From: Paraspadella gotoi
Lineage: Eukaryota > Animalia > Chaetognatha
Reading direction: 5' to 3'
NCBI GenBank assembly: GCA_051294375.1
Contig: CM119263.1
Span: forward strand, 7,343,891-7,407,890
Length of the DNA: 64,000 bases
Position 1 is the stretch's first letter. Every line of letters begins with the position of its first letter. Position numbers and translations under genes: made by a program. This document shows, in pieces, positions 26,250 through 36,537 of this stretch. The notes under the pieces were generated by a model. It did not search any database. It was not told the origin of the DNA and saw only the letters and a list, made by a program, of their open reading frames with translations.

Positions 26250-28149
26250 TCTCTCTTCTTGTTTCTCTTCTTCACGCCGGCATCCAAGGATCGAAGGTGG
26301 TTGATGCTATGATGCCGAAGCTTGGCCTTTTCTCTCCAAGAAATTGATAAAGCAGAGAACGAGGGCGCGGGATCATGGATGCGTTGGTGCAAAAGGTCAG
26401 AAGGATTTGAGTTATCTTAACAGGAGTTTTGGGGTAAGATCGAAAAGTCTGTGAAAGAAGAGGTTTGCTGCTTGAAGATAGGAAAAGAATGGCAGATAGA
26501 ATAAGTAGATAAATGTATAAAAATACTATGTATGATACGTATAGGAAAATATTAAATAAAAACTCGACTCGACTGATTAAAAAAAATGGGAAAAAGTCCT
26601 TTCTCTTCTAAATGAAAAAAAACAACTTTTTTCTGAAACTTTTCTACCGGGTTATTTGATAAACAAAAATCGCGCTCTCCCGCAAAATGTTATCTAACAG
26701 CAAAAATCGAAAGAGAGAAAAAAAAAAGTATTTTTAAATTCCTCGTAATCGAGAAAAAGAAACTGAGATCTTCAAGATGTTTCCTTCGAATCTTCTTTTT
26801 TTGTTGATATTCAGTGGAGAAGACTTTTGGATAACAAACCCGAGGATGCCTTCATTTCAATGGGGGTTGGGGGAGGGGGAGAATAGGAGATGATTTCGAT
26901 TCAGGTGGTTTTTTTTGGGGGGGGGGTTGAGTCGAGATGGCGGAAAGAGAGGGAGTGAAATAGGGACTGAGTTGCGTTAGATGGAAACGATTAGTGACAG
27001 AATTTTGTGGTTTTGTTCTCAATTTGTTACGAGATGTACGAAGATCATTACAACATATTTAACAGATCATGCCAGAGTATTTTCTTTATCCTACAAGCTG
27101 AAACGGAAAATATAAATCGAGAAAAGTCGAAATAAAATGAAATTTAAAGTTTGATACTTGGCAGCCTTATCAATCGATGATGGACGAAAGGAAAAAGAAA
27201 GAAAGAAACTGAAAAAAAAAGAAGCTCAACATCAATGATTGAGAAAAAAAAATTGAACTGTTGGTTGATTCTGGCCGGCGGATAATGGTGAATAAAAGAT
27301 GGTAACGTGAATGATAATGGTAACGTGAATCCCAGAGGGTGGAAGGGATGAGGAGGAGGAGGAAGGAGTGAGGAGAAAGGAGCTGGTTTTCATCGGCGAT
27401 CCTTTCCACCAAAGATGCTGGAGGGCGAGGAGGGGATCGAACATCTCGAGGAGTCTGGAGTCGATGGTGGAAGTAGTTGGAAGATAATCTTCTGTTCGCG
27501 CACAACGCGTTGAGGTTGCTCTCTCTCTCTCTCTCTCTCTCCTCTCTCTCTCCTCTCTCTCACTATGAGCCCGAGCTCGAACGATCGCGCCTTCAGTGTG
27601 GAACAAAAATAGCGCTTTCAGCCTCTGACTGAATTAAAAGAAAATTCTTAATTTGCCGGTAAAAGAGAAGAAAAAAGTGAGAAAAAGAAAAACTGAAGAT
27701 TAAATTAGATATGATTTTGGTTTAGAAAAAAAAGATAGAGTTTAAGCGATGAAAAAGTATGTGATCTTAAATCGTGACATTTTATATAGTTTACAATGTA
27801 ATAATTTAAAAATGAAAATACACAGTACAGACGAAAGAGACAGAGAAAGACAGATAGCCAGACAGAGAAAATGACGCACAGTCGGGCACATTGTCAGACA
27901 GCCGGCCCGCAAGGAAGCAAGAATAAAACTACCCACCGATTGTCTCGATAGCTCAAGAACCCTTTATTTTACAATATTCTGAAGAATCATCTTTACAAAT
28001 ATACAAATATGTGGGATAATCGTAATTGACCTCACCTCCTTGAGGTTCATCTGAAGCGCCTTCATCCTCTCCTCAGCCTGTTCCGCTCGGTCCACCGACT
28101 CTTCCTTCTCCTTCTTCATCTGCTGCATCTTCTTGCGGATCGCCTCCAT
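10749..28149 (-). CDS. Tpm: Tropomyosin gene, whole spliced locus (exons 1a,2,1b,3,4A-E,5a/b,6,7a/b,8a/b,9a-c); 284-aa long and 253-aa short isoforms
   Basis: All exons have GT-AG boundaries, canonical tropomyosin lengths and compatible phases. 1a+2+3..9 sums to 284 codons. Hallmark motifs: [44 protein letters not shown]. Confidence 0.97.
11236..11318 (-). CDS. Tpm: Tropomyosin terminal exon 9b, [26 protein letters not shown]
   Basis: 83 nt including TAA; acceptor ccttttcAG; paralogue of 9c. Confidence 0.9.
13244..13326 (-). CDS. Tpm: Tropomyosin terminal exon 9a (cytoplasmic-type), [26 protein letters not shown]
   Basis: 83 nt including TAA; pyrimidine tract and caatAG acceptor. Confidence 0.92.
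13508..13577 (-). CDS. Tpm: Tropomyosin alternative exon 8b, [23 protein letters not shown]
   Basis: 70 nt, acceptor ctacAG, donor GTAAGT; ends in C (phase 1). Confidence 0.9.
14139..14208 (-). CDS. Tpm: Tropomyosin alternative exon 8a, [23 protein letters not shown]
   Basis: 70 nt, acceptor aaacAG, donor GTATCG; ends in G (phase 1). Confidence 0.93.
14576..14638 (-). CDS. Tpm: Tropomyosin alternative exon 7b, [21 protein letters not shown]
   Basis: 63 nt, acceptor tttcacAG, donor GTGAGT. Confidence 0.94.
14688..14750 (-). CDS. Tpm: Tropomyosin alternative exon 7a, [21 protein letters not shown]
   Basis: 63 nt, acceptor cattAG, donor GTAAGT. Confidence 0.88.
14975..15050 (-). CDS. Tpm: Tropomyosin exon 6, [25 protein letters not shown]
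   Basis: 76 nt, acceptor caacAG, donor GTGAGA. Confidence 0.96.
15158..15228 (-). CDS. Tpm: Tropomyosin alternative exon 5b, [23 protein letters not shown](R)
   Basis: 71 nt, acceptor atgaAG, donor GTGAGT. Confidence 0.92.
15277..15359 (+). repeat. (GA)n microsatellite just upstream of exon 5b
   Basis: Direct reading; the copy at 3943-3985 is about half as long. Confidence 0.95.
15782..15932. promoter_or_regulatory. Intronic CCAAT/CRE cluster (candidate internal promoter or enhancer)
   Basis: CCAAT at 15863, 15895 and 15928 (32/33-bp spacing); TGACGTCA at 15782, 15867 and 15899; same cluster in the copy at ~4426-4577. Confidence 0.4.
16114..16184 (-). CDS. Tpm: Tropomyosin alternative exon 5a, [23 protein letters not shown](A)
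   Basis: 71 nt, acceptor tgacAG, donor GTGAGT. Confidence 0.93.
16952..17084 (-). CDS. Candidate non-homologous exon 4X, (R)[44 protein letters not shown]
   Basis: 133 nt, phase 2->0 like exon 4; acceptor ttcttccgcAG, donor GAG|GTACAG; open in both copies (also 5595-5727); no tropomyosin similarity. Confidence 0.35.
17394..17511 (-). CDS. Tpm: Tropomyosin alternative exon 4E, (R)[39 protein letters not shown]
   Basis: 118 nt, open; CTAAC branch-like motif, acceptor cgtcAG, donor GTTAGG. Confidence 0.92.
17968..18085 (-). CDS. Tpm: Tropomyosin alternative exon 4D, (R)[39 protein letters not shown]
   Basis: 118 nt, open; acceptor catcAG, donor GTATCC; the most canonical variant (G126, D137). 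Confidence 0.93.
18818..18935 (-). CDS. Tpm: Tropomyosin alternative exon 4C, (R)[39 protein letters not shown]
   Basis: 118 nt, open; acceptor acttAG, donor GTAGAG. Confidence 0.85.
19227..19344 (-). CDS. Tpm: Tropomyosin alternative exon 4B, (R)[39 protein letters not shown]
   Basis: 118 nt, open; acceptor ttgtAG, donor GTACAG; homologous to the other exon-4 copies. Confidence 0.85.
19702..19819 (-). CDS. Tpm: Tropomyosin alternative exon 4A, (R)[39 protein letters not shown]
   Basis: 118 nt, phase 2->0, open; acceptor ccaAG, donor GTATGT; [17 protein letters not shown] motif. Confidence 0.88.
20023..20156 (-). CDS. Tpm: Tropomyosin exon 3, [44 protein letters not shown](R)
   Basis: 134 nt, acceptor ctccAG, donor GTACGT; strongly conserved sequence. 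Confidence 0.96.
24062..24208 (-). CDS. Tpm: Tropomyosin exon 1b (short-isoform first exon), [49 protein letters not shown]
   Basis: ATG at 24208, 49 codons, phase-0 donor GTAAAC. VKKKI..L motif typical of exon 1b; lies between exons 2 and 3. Confidence 0.9.
25845..25970 (-). CDS. Tpm: Tropomyosin exon 2, [42 protein letters not shown]
   Basis: 126 nt = 42 codons; acceptor ccctaccttaAG, donor GTCAGT; heptad pattern. Confidence 0.93.
26023..26270 (+). repeat. Compound (TTC)n/(TTTC)n/(CT)n low-complexity tract
   Basis: Direct reading. Confidence 0.9.
28036..28149 (-). CDS. Tpm: Tropomyosin exon 1a, [38 protein letters not shown]
   Basis: 114 nt = 38 codons, donor GTGAGG; canonical long-isoform N-terminus. 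Confidence 0.96.
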
Positions 28150-29420
28150 CGTGTTGGACGCCGCCTCCTTGCCTGAAAGTCAAATGATAAACCTTATTTA
28201 GGAAAATTATATATTCGATAATGTAGGAATCGAAATTAAAAATTCTGGTATTTTACATTATATATGTAGTTCCATAGGAAATGTATATGTTGTAAAAAAG
28301 ATGACTCAACTTTACTTAATCAAAAAATACCAAGTGATTTAAATTTGTATTTGTATAACGAAATGGGCCTTTATACAAAAACGCTTTAAACCATTAAAAG
28401 ATATTACTAACATCGTAGGGCAATTTGGCACGCAAATATTATACAAATGATAATCACGTGTGATAAAGTGATAATAGACAGATTTCAAATGATAAAAGCG
28501 GTAATCATGTGACTGTATCTCGTTACATTAAACACCGCTCCCGCCCAATCTTTTTTTTTTGTCGGAGTTTTGTTTTGAAAAAGGAGAAAGTCAACACACG
28601 AACCGTTTTCTGTTTCGCCAGTGATTTTTTATACAAACTTGTTCACTTAATCATTTTTAAGGAATCTTGCTACCAAAAGAAAATATTTTTTTGCGCAGTC
28701 GATTTAACAGTTGACCTTAAAAACTGAATAGTATCGGTGATATTCTTATAATTTTTTTTTAAATATTCGCAATTTCGAAAAATTAATGAAATTGATCAAG
28801 TAAAATTCCCAAAAAATTTTTAACCACAATTTTACTTAAAAAATGGGACGCTCGCAATACCCACGACTCGAAAGAAAATTAGCGTTGAAAAATATATCGC
28901 TTTTATTTAGAGAGATGATTTCACATTTCGAATCTAATCGGACTTTGGAAAGTGAAAAACGACGCTTAATGGAAAATGTTTTGGTTCGAAGCCAAAGAAA
29001 AAAAGTCGCGAAAAAAAGGGAAAGACTTTAACGTGGAGCATTTTTTACGAACACATAAACTGCCTTTTTTTCTCTCTCTCTCGCTCTCTGCTGCGAGGAT
29101 GTGTATTTGTTTGCATTTTTTGTAATTCTATATTTTGGTGTATATAGCCGTAAACGTCTGACAGCTTTTTTTGTTTACTTGATCGATATAAAGGTTAGAT
29201 TTACACTTTCAAGATTTGAAAGGAGCAAAAGTTGGACTGATGTTCAACAGCGGCGAGTTTTCGTAATGAACAAATTTAAATTTACTTATATCTATATAAT
29301 TTTACTTCCAAGTTTCATAAACTATCTCTCAACGCTCCGCAAAAGTTTGCCAAAAATCATGAACCCTCCCTACTACTTGCCGCCCAATCTTCAGTTCCAA
29401 GAGGCATAAAACTGACTTAC

Positions 29421-30260
29421 CCTTAGAAGTAGACATCTTTGATGTTTTTTAGGCGTTGGACGCACAAAAAAGAAGGAGAAAAAAAGGTTTTTTTTTAGTT
29501 TTTGATCAAAAAAAGGAAATTTTTGATCGATGTTGAACCGAGGAGCCTGGACTGCGCTACTGAAGCCTCTATCGCGTGGGGATTCTCCTCGAAAGCCTTC
29601 GGGACGAGCTGCGGAGGCGGGGGAGGCTATGATGTGGTCGTCGTCGTCGTCGTCGATGAGGAGGCCGACGAACGCGTCGAGCGAGCGGAGGATGATGAGG
29701 ACGAGCGATGAGGTTGCGCGATCGAAAACCGAAAATCGAATCGAATGTGAGATGAGAGAGAAAAGAAATTTCGGATGGAGTTTTTTGATGGTGGTTGGTG
29801 GTAGATTAAAAGTTGGTGAAGGAAGGTGGTCGAAAGAGTGGTAAGGAGTGGTGCATATAGTCAACTGGTCAGTCGAGGTTGCTGATGGATGCTAGCTTTG
29901 GTGGTTTCGAGAAATCGGGCGGGTGGTGAATTCGTAAAACGAGATTTCGGGAATGATCGAGTTTTTTAAGAAAAGGTGGTTGATCAAACTATGGACCGAA
30001 GCCGACCCTGAGGAGCGGAAAGGTTTGGAGGCGGAGATGGAAGATGCGGTTGAAGGATGAGTTGGTGAATCGATGGGGCTGAAGAAGAAGCGGGAGATTG
30101 GTCCGACTGTTTCGAGTCTGTGAAGTGGAAATGATGATGGTGATATTGGTAAATGTGATGGAGAAAACGAAGGCGTCGTCGGATTCGATCTAGTCCTTTA
30201 CGATAGTTGGACGACGTTGATGGATTCGAGTAGAAATGTGATGGAGTTAATATTGACGGT
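29421..30260 (-). other. Tpm: Probable non-coding 5'UTR exon upstream of exon 1a (5' end uncertain)
   Basis: Strong donor AAGG|GTAAGT at 29420. Exon 1a has an acceptor tttcAG at 28173-28174, 23 nt before the ATG. The region is GC-richer than flanking introns. TSS not determinable. Confidence 0.4.
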
Positions 30261-30320
30261 GAGATATAGAGAGAGAAAAACTTTTTAAAATTCAAATCAA
30301 TTTGTCTTTTGGTTTTTTAA

Positions 30321-30877
30321 TTTAAACACTTTTCCACTACTACGATTCCAACAAAAATTTATATCCAGCTTGATTCCATACTTTCCTACCCACACACGAA
30401 ATTTCATTTCAGTTTATCGATCCAATTTTTAATAAATAAAATAATTATGTGTAAATGTAAGTAAAAAATCTTTAAGTAAATGTGACTTTGTTTTTTCAAT
30501 TTAAACTCATTTCCACTGGGACGATTCAATCAAAACTTTATATCCATCTAAGTCACAAACTTTCCTACCAACACACAAAATTTCATTTACATCCAATCAC
30601 GAGCAGTTGGAGTTTAATGCTAAGGTGAGACGGACAGACGGATGGACCGACGGATCTTAGAAATAAATAAAAAATTTTAGCCATTCCTATCTATAAATAA
30701 ATATTAAAAAAATAATATATATGTATAAAGTCATGTTATAAATTTTTTGTCTATCCTAATCTTAAAAAATATTAAAATTTTCATTTGAGCAGTGTGCTCA
30801 ATTGAATTTTTGACCCAACTTACTGATAGGCCACCCCTAATTATAGAGTCGGAATCTAAATCTAAACCGACTAAAAA
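30321..30877. mobile_element. Non-autonomous Helentron-associated (HINE/DINE-1-like) element; mirrored at ~31115-31665
   Basis: Two ~100-nt internal core repeats (30321, 30500), a GACG/GACA microsatellite, and a terminal tatagAGTCGG..CCGACT-AAAAA hairpin; shares modules with 34996-35492. Confidence 0.55.
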
Positions 30878-33796
30878 GACTTAAAGGAAAACATGAAACA
30901 ATTACAAATTAACCATTTAATATGGCCTGTTTTGAGAATGCTTGCTTTTTGATAAGTCAGTTAGCCGGCATTCAATCAATTCAGTTTACATGTTTCAACG
31001 AGAGATTGAACGTTTATCAAAATTTATCGATTAGTTGGCATACGACAACATGTAAATGAGAATATAGAAATTAAATGGTTAATTTGTAATTGTTTCATGT
31101 TTTCCTTTAAGTCTTTTTAGTCGGTTTAGATTTAGATTCCGACTCTATAATTAGGGGTGGCCTATCAGTAAGTTGGGTCAAAAATTCAATTGAGCACCTG
31201 CTCAAATGAAAATTTTAATATTTTTAAAGATTAGGATAGACAAAAAATTTATAACATGACTTTTATACATATATATTATTTTTTTAATATTTATTTATAG
31301 ATAGGATGGCTAAAATTTTTTTATTTATTTCTAAGATCCGTCGGTCCATCCGTCTGTCCGTCTCACCTTAGCATTAAACTCCAACTGCTCGTGATTGGAT
31401 GTAAATGAAATTTTGTGTGTTGGTAGGAAAGTTTGTGACTTAGATGGATATAAAGTTTTGATTGAATCGTCCCAGTGGAAATGAGTTTAAATGGAAAAAA
31501 CAAAAAGTCACATTTACTTAAAGATTTTTACTTAATTTACACATAATTATTTTATTTATTAAAAATTGGATCGATAAACTGAAATGAATTTCGTGTGTGG
31601 GTAGGAAAGTAGGAATCAAGCTGATATTAAATTTTGGAATCGTGAGTGGAAAAGTGTTATTACAAATTGATTTTGAATTTTAAAAAGTTTTTCTCTCTCT
31701 ATATCTCACCGTCAATATTAACTCCATCACATTTCTACTCGAATCCATCAACGTCGTCCAACTATCGTAAAGGACTAGATCGAATCCGACGACGCCTTCG
31801 TTTTCTCCATCACATTTACCAATATCACCATCATCATTTCCACTTCACAGACTCGAAACAGTCGGACCAATCTCCCGCTTCTTCTTCAGCCCCATCGATT
31901 CACCAACTCATCCTTCAACCGCATCTTCCATCTCCGCCTCCAACCTTTCCGCTCCTCAGGGTCGGCTTCGGTCCATAGTTTGATCAACCACCTTTTCTTA
32001 AAAAACTCGATCATTCCCGAAATCTCGTTTTACGAATTCACCACCCGCCCGATTTCTCGAAACCACCAAGCTAGCATCCATCAGCAACCTCGACTGACCA
32101 GTTGACTATATGCACCACTCCTTACCACTCTTTCGACCACCTTCCTTCACCAACTTTTAATCTACCACCAACCACCATCAAAAAACTCCATCCGAATTTC
32201 TTTTCTCTCTCATCTCACATTCGATTCGATTTTCGGTTTTCGATCGCGCAACCTCATCGCTCGTCCTCATCATCCTCCGCTCGCTCGACGCGTTCGTCGG
32301 CCTCCTCATCGAACGACGACGACGAGACCACATCATAGCCTCCCCCGCCTCCGCAGCTCGTCCCGAGGCTTTCGAGGAGAATCCCCACGCGATAGAGGCT
32401 TCAGTAGCGCAGTCCAGGCTCCTCGGTTCAACATCGATCAAAATTTCCTTTTTTTGATCAAAAACTAAAAAAAAAACTTTTTTTCTCCTTCTTTTTGTGC
32501 GTCCCAACGCCTAAAAAACATCAAAGATGTCTACTTCTAAGGGTAAGTCAGTTTTATGCCTTGGAACTGAAGATTGGGCGGCAAGTAGTAGGGAGGGTTC
32601 ATGATTTTTCTGCAAACTTTTGCGGGAGCGTTGAGAGATAGTTTATGAAACTTGGAAGTAAATTATATAGATATAAGTAAATTTAAATTTGTTCATTACG
32701 AAAACTCGCCGCTGTTGAACATCAGTCCAACTTTTGCTCCTTTCAAATCTTGAAAGTGTAAATCTAACCTTTATATCGATCAAGTAAACAAAAAAAGCTG
32801 TTCAGACGTTTACGGCTATATACACAAAATATAGAATTATCAAAAAATGCAAACAAATCACATCTCGCAGCAGAGAGCGAGAGAGAGAGAAAAAAAGCAG
32901 TTTATGTGTTCGTAAAAAATGCTCCACGTTAAAGTCTTTCCCTTTTTTTCGCGACTTTTTTTCTTTGGCTTCGAACCAAAACATTTTCCATTAAGCGTCG
33001 TTTTTCACTTTCCAAAGTCCGATTAGATTCGAATGTGAAATCATCTCTCTAAATAAAGCGATATATTTTTCAACGCTAATTTTCTTTCGAGTCGTGGGTA
33101 TTGCCGAGCGTCCCATTTTTAAGTAAAATTGTGGTTAAAAATTTTTGGGAATTTTACTTGATCAATTTCATTATTTTTTCGAAATTGCGAATATTTAAAA
33201 AAAATTTAAGAATATCACCGATACTATTCAGTTTTTAAGGTCAACTGTTAAATCGACTGCGCAAAAAATATTTTCTTTGGTAGCAAGATTCCTTAAAAAT
33301 GATTAAGTGAACAAGTTTGTATAAAAAATCACTGGCGAAACAGAAAACGGTTTCGTGTGTTGACTTTCTCCTTTTTCAAAACAAAACTCCGACAAAAAAA
33401 AAAAGATTGGGCGGAGCGGTGTTTAATGTAACGAGATACAGTCCATATGATTACCGCTTTATCATTTGAAATCTGTCTATTATCACTTTTCACACGTGAT
33501 TATCATTTGTATAATATTTGCGTGCCAAATTGCCCTACGATGTTAGTAATATCTTTAATGGTTAAAGCGTTTTTGTTAAAGGCCATTTCGTTATACAAAT
33601 ACAAATTTAAATCACTTGGTAATTTTTTGATTAAGAAAGTTGAGTCATCTTTTTTACACATATACATTTCCTATGGAACTACATATATAATGTAAAATAC
33701 CAAATTTTTAATTTCGTTTCCTACATTATCGAATATATATAATTTTCCTAAATAAGGTTTACATTTGAATTTCAGGCAGGAGGCGCGTCCAACACG

Positions 33797-33910
33797 ATGG
33801 AGGCCGATCCGCAAGAAGATGCAGCAGATGAAGAAGGAGAAGGAAGAGTCGGTGACCGAGCGGACAGGCTGAGGAGAGGATGAAGGCGCTTCAGATGAAC
33901 CATCAAGGAG
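33797..33910 (+). pseudogene. Tpm: Mirror copy of tropomyosin exon 1a with indels
   Basis: ATGGAGGCCGATCCGCAAGAAG...AAGGAG|GTGAGG; frameshift after codon 3; part of the inverted-repeat right arm. Confidence 0.7.
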
Positions 33911-34564
33911 GTGAGGTCAAATTACGATTATCCCACATATTTGTATATTTGTAAAGATGATTCTTCAGAATATTGTAAAATAAAGGGTTCTTGAGCTATC
34001 GAGACAATCGGTAGTTTTATTCTTGCTTCCTTGGCGGGCCGGCTGTCTGACATGTGCCCGACTGTGCGTCATTTTCTCTGTCTGGCTATCTGTCTTCTCT
34101 GTCTCGTTTTACGTCTGATTATTTTTAAATTATTACATTGAACTATATAAAAATGTCACGATTTAAGAATCACATACNNNNNNNNNNNNNNNNNNNNNNN
34201 NNTCATGTCCAAACTAATTGGACCAAAGGCTTGATAAGTATCGAAGTCAACCAAAATTTTAGGTGGGGCAGAAAGCTCTCTAGATAAAAAGAGAAACTTA
34301 ACCTACAAAAACCGGAAACCCGTGTCTCTGCGATGTTGCTCCTTAGTTCCTTACCTAGATGACCTCCTTGCTGGGTTGAATAGCTGGGTAATAAGACCAG
34401 CTCGGCTCTCTCCCGTATAGGTCAACGTAAGGGAAACCCCCTCCAGAGATGCCGCGTTATCTCTGCGCGATTGTTTCCTTTTTCTTTTTAATTACTACGA
34501 CATATCTTTTACCAAAAACAAGTTTGAGCAAACAATGTCAGATCTGCCCACGAACATTAGCGGT

Positions 34565-34920
34565 AATTAATTAATTAATACAAACTATATAAATTAAAAT
34601 AATAATTTAATTAATAAATTAATTAATTTGATCCGAAATGTTTGTTTTTAGGTCTTTTCGTCACTGACCAAGATAAGAGCAATGATGATGATGATGGCAA
34701 CGACAACAATACTGACGATAACGATTGACTTGATTAATTAATTAAATAATTAATTAATTTATAAATAAATTGATTGATTGAATAATTACTTAATAGATAA
34801 CTAAATAAATTGATTGATTGAATAATTAATTGATTGATTAACTGAATAATTAATTAATTATTTATTAATTAATTGAATAATTGATTAATTAACTGATTAA
34901 TTATTTGATTAATTAATACA
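34565..34920. repeat. AT-rich (TTAA/TTGA)n low-complexity tract
   Basis: Direct reading. Confidence 0.75.
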
Positions 34921-34995
34921 TCTTGTATTTACATTTAATATAAAAAGAAAAAGAAGCATAATCAATTAGTGAAACAGGTTTTTGGTTTTTTTTCA

Positions 34996-35492
34996 TTTAA
35001 ACTCGTTTTCACTCGCACGATTCCATTGAAACTTTATATACAATTCAATCACACAATTTCCTACCCACACACAATAATTATTACAATCCAATCAATCCAA
35101 TCACGAGTAATTGAAGTTTAATGCTAAGGGGGGAACGGACGGACGGACGGACGGACGGACGGACGGACGGACGACGGGACGACGGACGGACGGACGGATG
35201 GACGGACGGACGGATGGAAGGACGGATAGACGGACGGACGGACGGACGGACGGAAGGATGGACGGACGGACGGAAGGATGGACGGACGGACGGAAGGACG
35301 GACGGACGGACGGACCGACCGACAGACAGACAGACAGACAGACGGACATAATTTTTTTGGCAAAATTTATCATAATTAAAGTTTCTAATATGATAAAAAT
35401 GATTTACCGACAAGATTTTGGGGTGGGACCGACGGACCGACAAAGTGAATTATAGAGTCGGAATCTGCTGATAAGCAGATCTGATTAAAAAA
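34996..35492. mobile_element. Second HINE/DINE-1-like element of the same family
   Basis: Same core (tttaaactc..cacgattcc..tttcctacccacacac), long (GACG)n at 35136-35348, terminal attatagagtcggaATCTGCT..AGCAGAT..AAAAA hairpin. Confidence 0.6.
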
Positions 35493-35785
35493 TAAATAAA
35501 AATAGATTTCATTTTTTCTTCCATCGAATTATTTCAGAAATTAAGATGATGATTATAAAAAAAATGAAAGTGGGATTCAATGTTATATTCCGCAATGCCC
35601 TTCAAAACTGACTTGTTTATTTGAATATATGTTTTAATAAATTTTAATGGCGCACGAGAATTAAGAAAGAATATTTGATTTTTTTTTTTAATTTGTTTTC
35701 CTTCGTCAGTCAAAAGCGACGAAGAAATCGTGAGTCCATAGAAAAAGTTCACTGAAATATTCTGTGGTGCCGCCTTCGACCCAAA

Positions 35786-35820
<35 letters not shown>

Positions 35821-36407
35821 CTCTCTCTCTCTCTGTCTCCCTCTCTCTCTTATTCGGACCGATCAAACTTGACAATTAATATATCAAGATTCACAAACGA
35901 ACCGAGATTTTTTTTTTTTTGGAAAGAGAAATTTTCATTTCAAATCTTTTTTTTTTCTCTTTATTTTCACTTTCGTCACTTAAAAAAAATCTATTTCCTC
36001 TTTTGGTTCAAAAAATAATTTGGAAGTTGATTTTGGTTCGTCGGTTTTCTCGAAAACCAAATCGATTTAATTACATTCAAACTTAACGATCTTTAACTCC
36101 TTTATGACTGAATTTAAGGCTGTGAGAAATAAATTTACTTTTTAAATAAGTTTTATCCATAGAAGGTAAACAATTTCTTCGTTATTCTGGGTTAGACATT
36201 GCAAAATTTATTTTTACATGCGTTAGCTTGTAAAAGTAGACTTAAAAGTTTAATATCGCAAAAGTAACAGGTCATTGAGTCATAAAATGTATTTTAGAAT
36301 TGAACACGTGTGGTATACAAGACAACTGCAGAAAATTAACAAAAATAATAAAAACAAAAGTCAAAAACAGTTCTTTTTTTTTTATTTTGTCGAATGCCTT
36401 TTTTTTT

Positions 36408-36537
36408 TTAGACGATGTAGTTAGGCATCTGGCAACATTTCGGTTCTTTACACGAAGATTCTTCACCGGCGGAGCGACTGGGAAAATAAGCATCGATCCA
36501 GGGTTTGGACCGGGGCTCGGGTGGGTCGAGTTTGAAC
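36408..36537 (-). CDS. Orphan terminal-exon-like segment, FKLDPPEPRSKPWIDAYFPSRSAGEESSCKEPKCCQMPNYIV*
   Basis: Acceptor ccccactttgtcAG, 42 open codons then TAA; GC-richer island; family not recognised. Confidence 0.3.

Larger units (their letters stand above)
27757..34177. repeat. Large inverted repeat: arms 27757-30921 and 31070-34177, 148-nt spacer
   Basis: The right arm is the reverse complement of the left arm with scattered indels and ends at a 25-N gap. Confidence 0.95.

Noticed and set aside
29391-30295. ORFs of 100-157 aa repeated in both palindrome arms
   Set aside because: Low complexity, frames differ between arms; better explained as 5'UTR/promoter sequence
35081-35455. Overlapping ORFs of PSVR/TDGR repeats
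   Set aside because: Translations of the (GACG)n microsatellite inside a non-autonomous element
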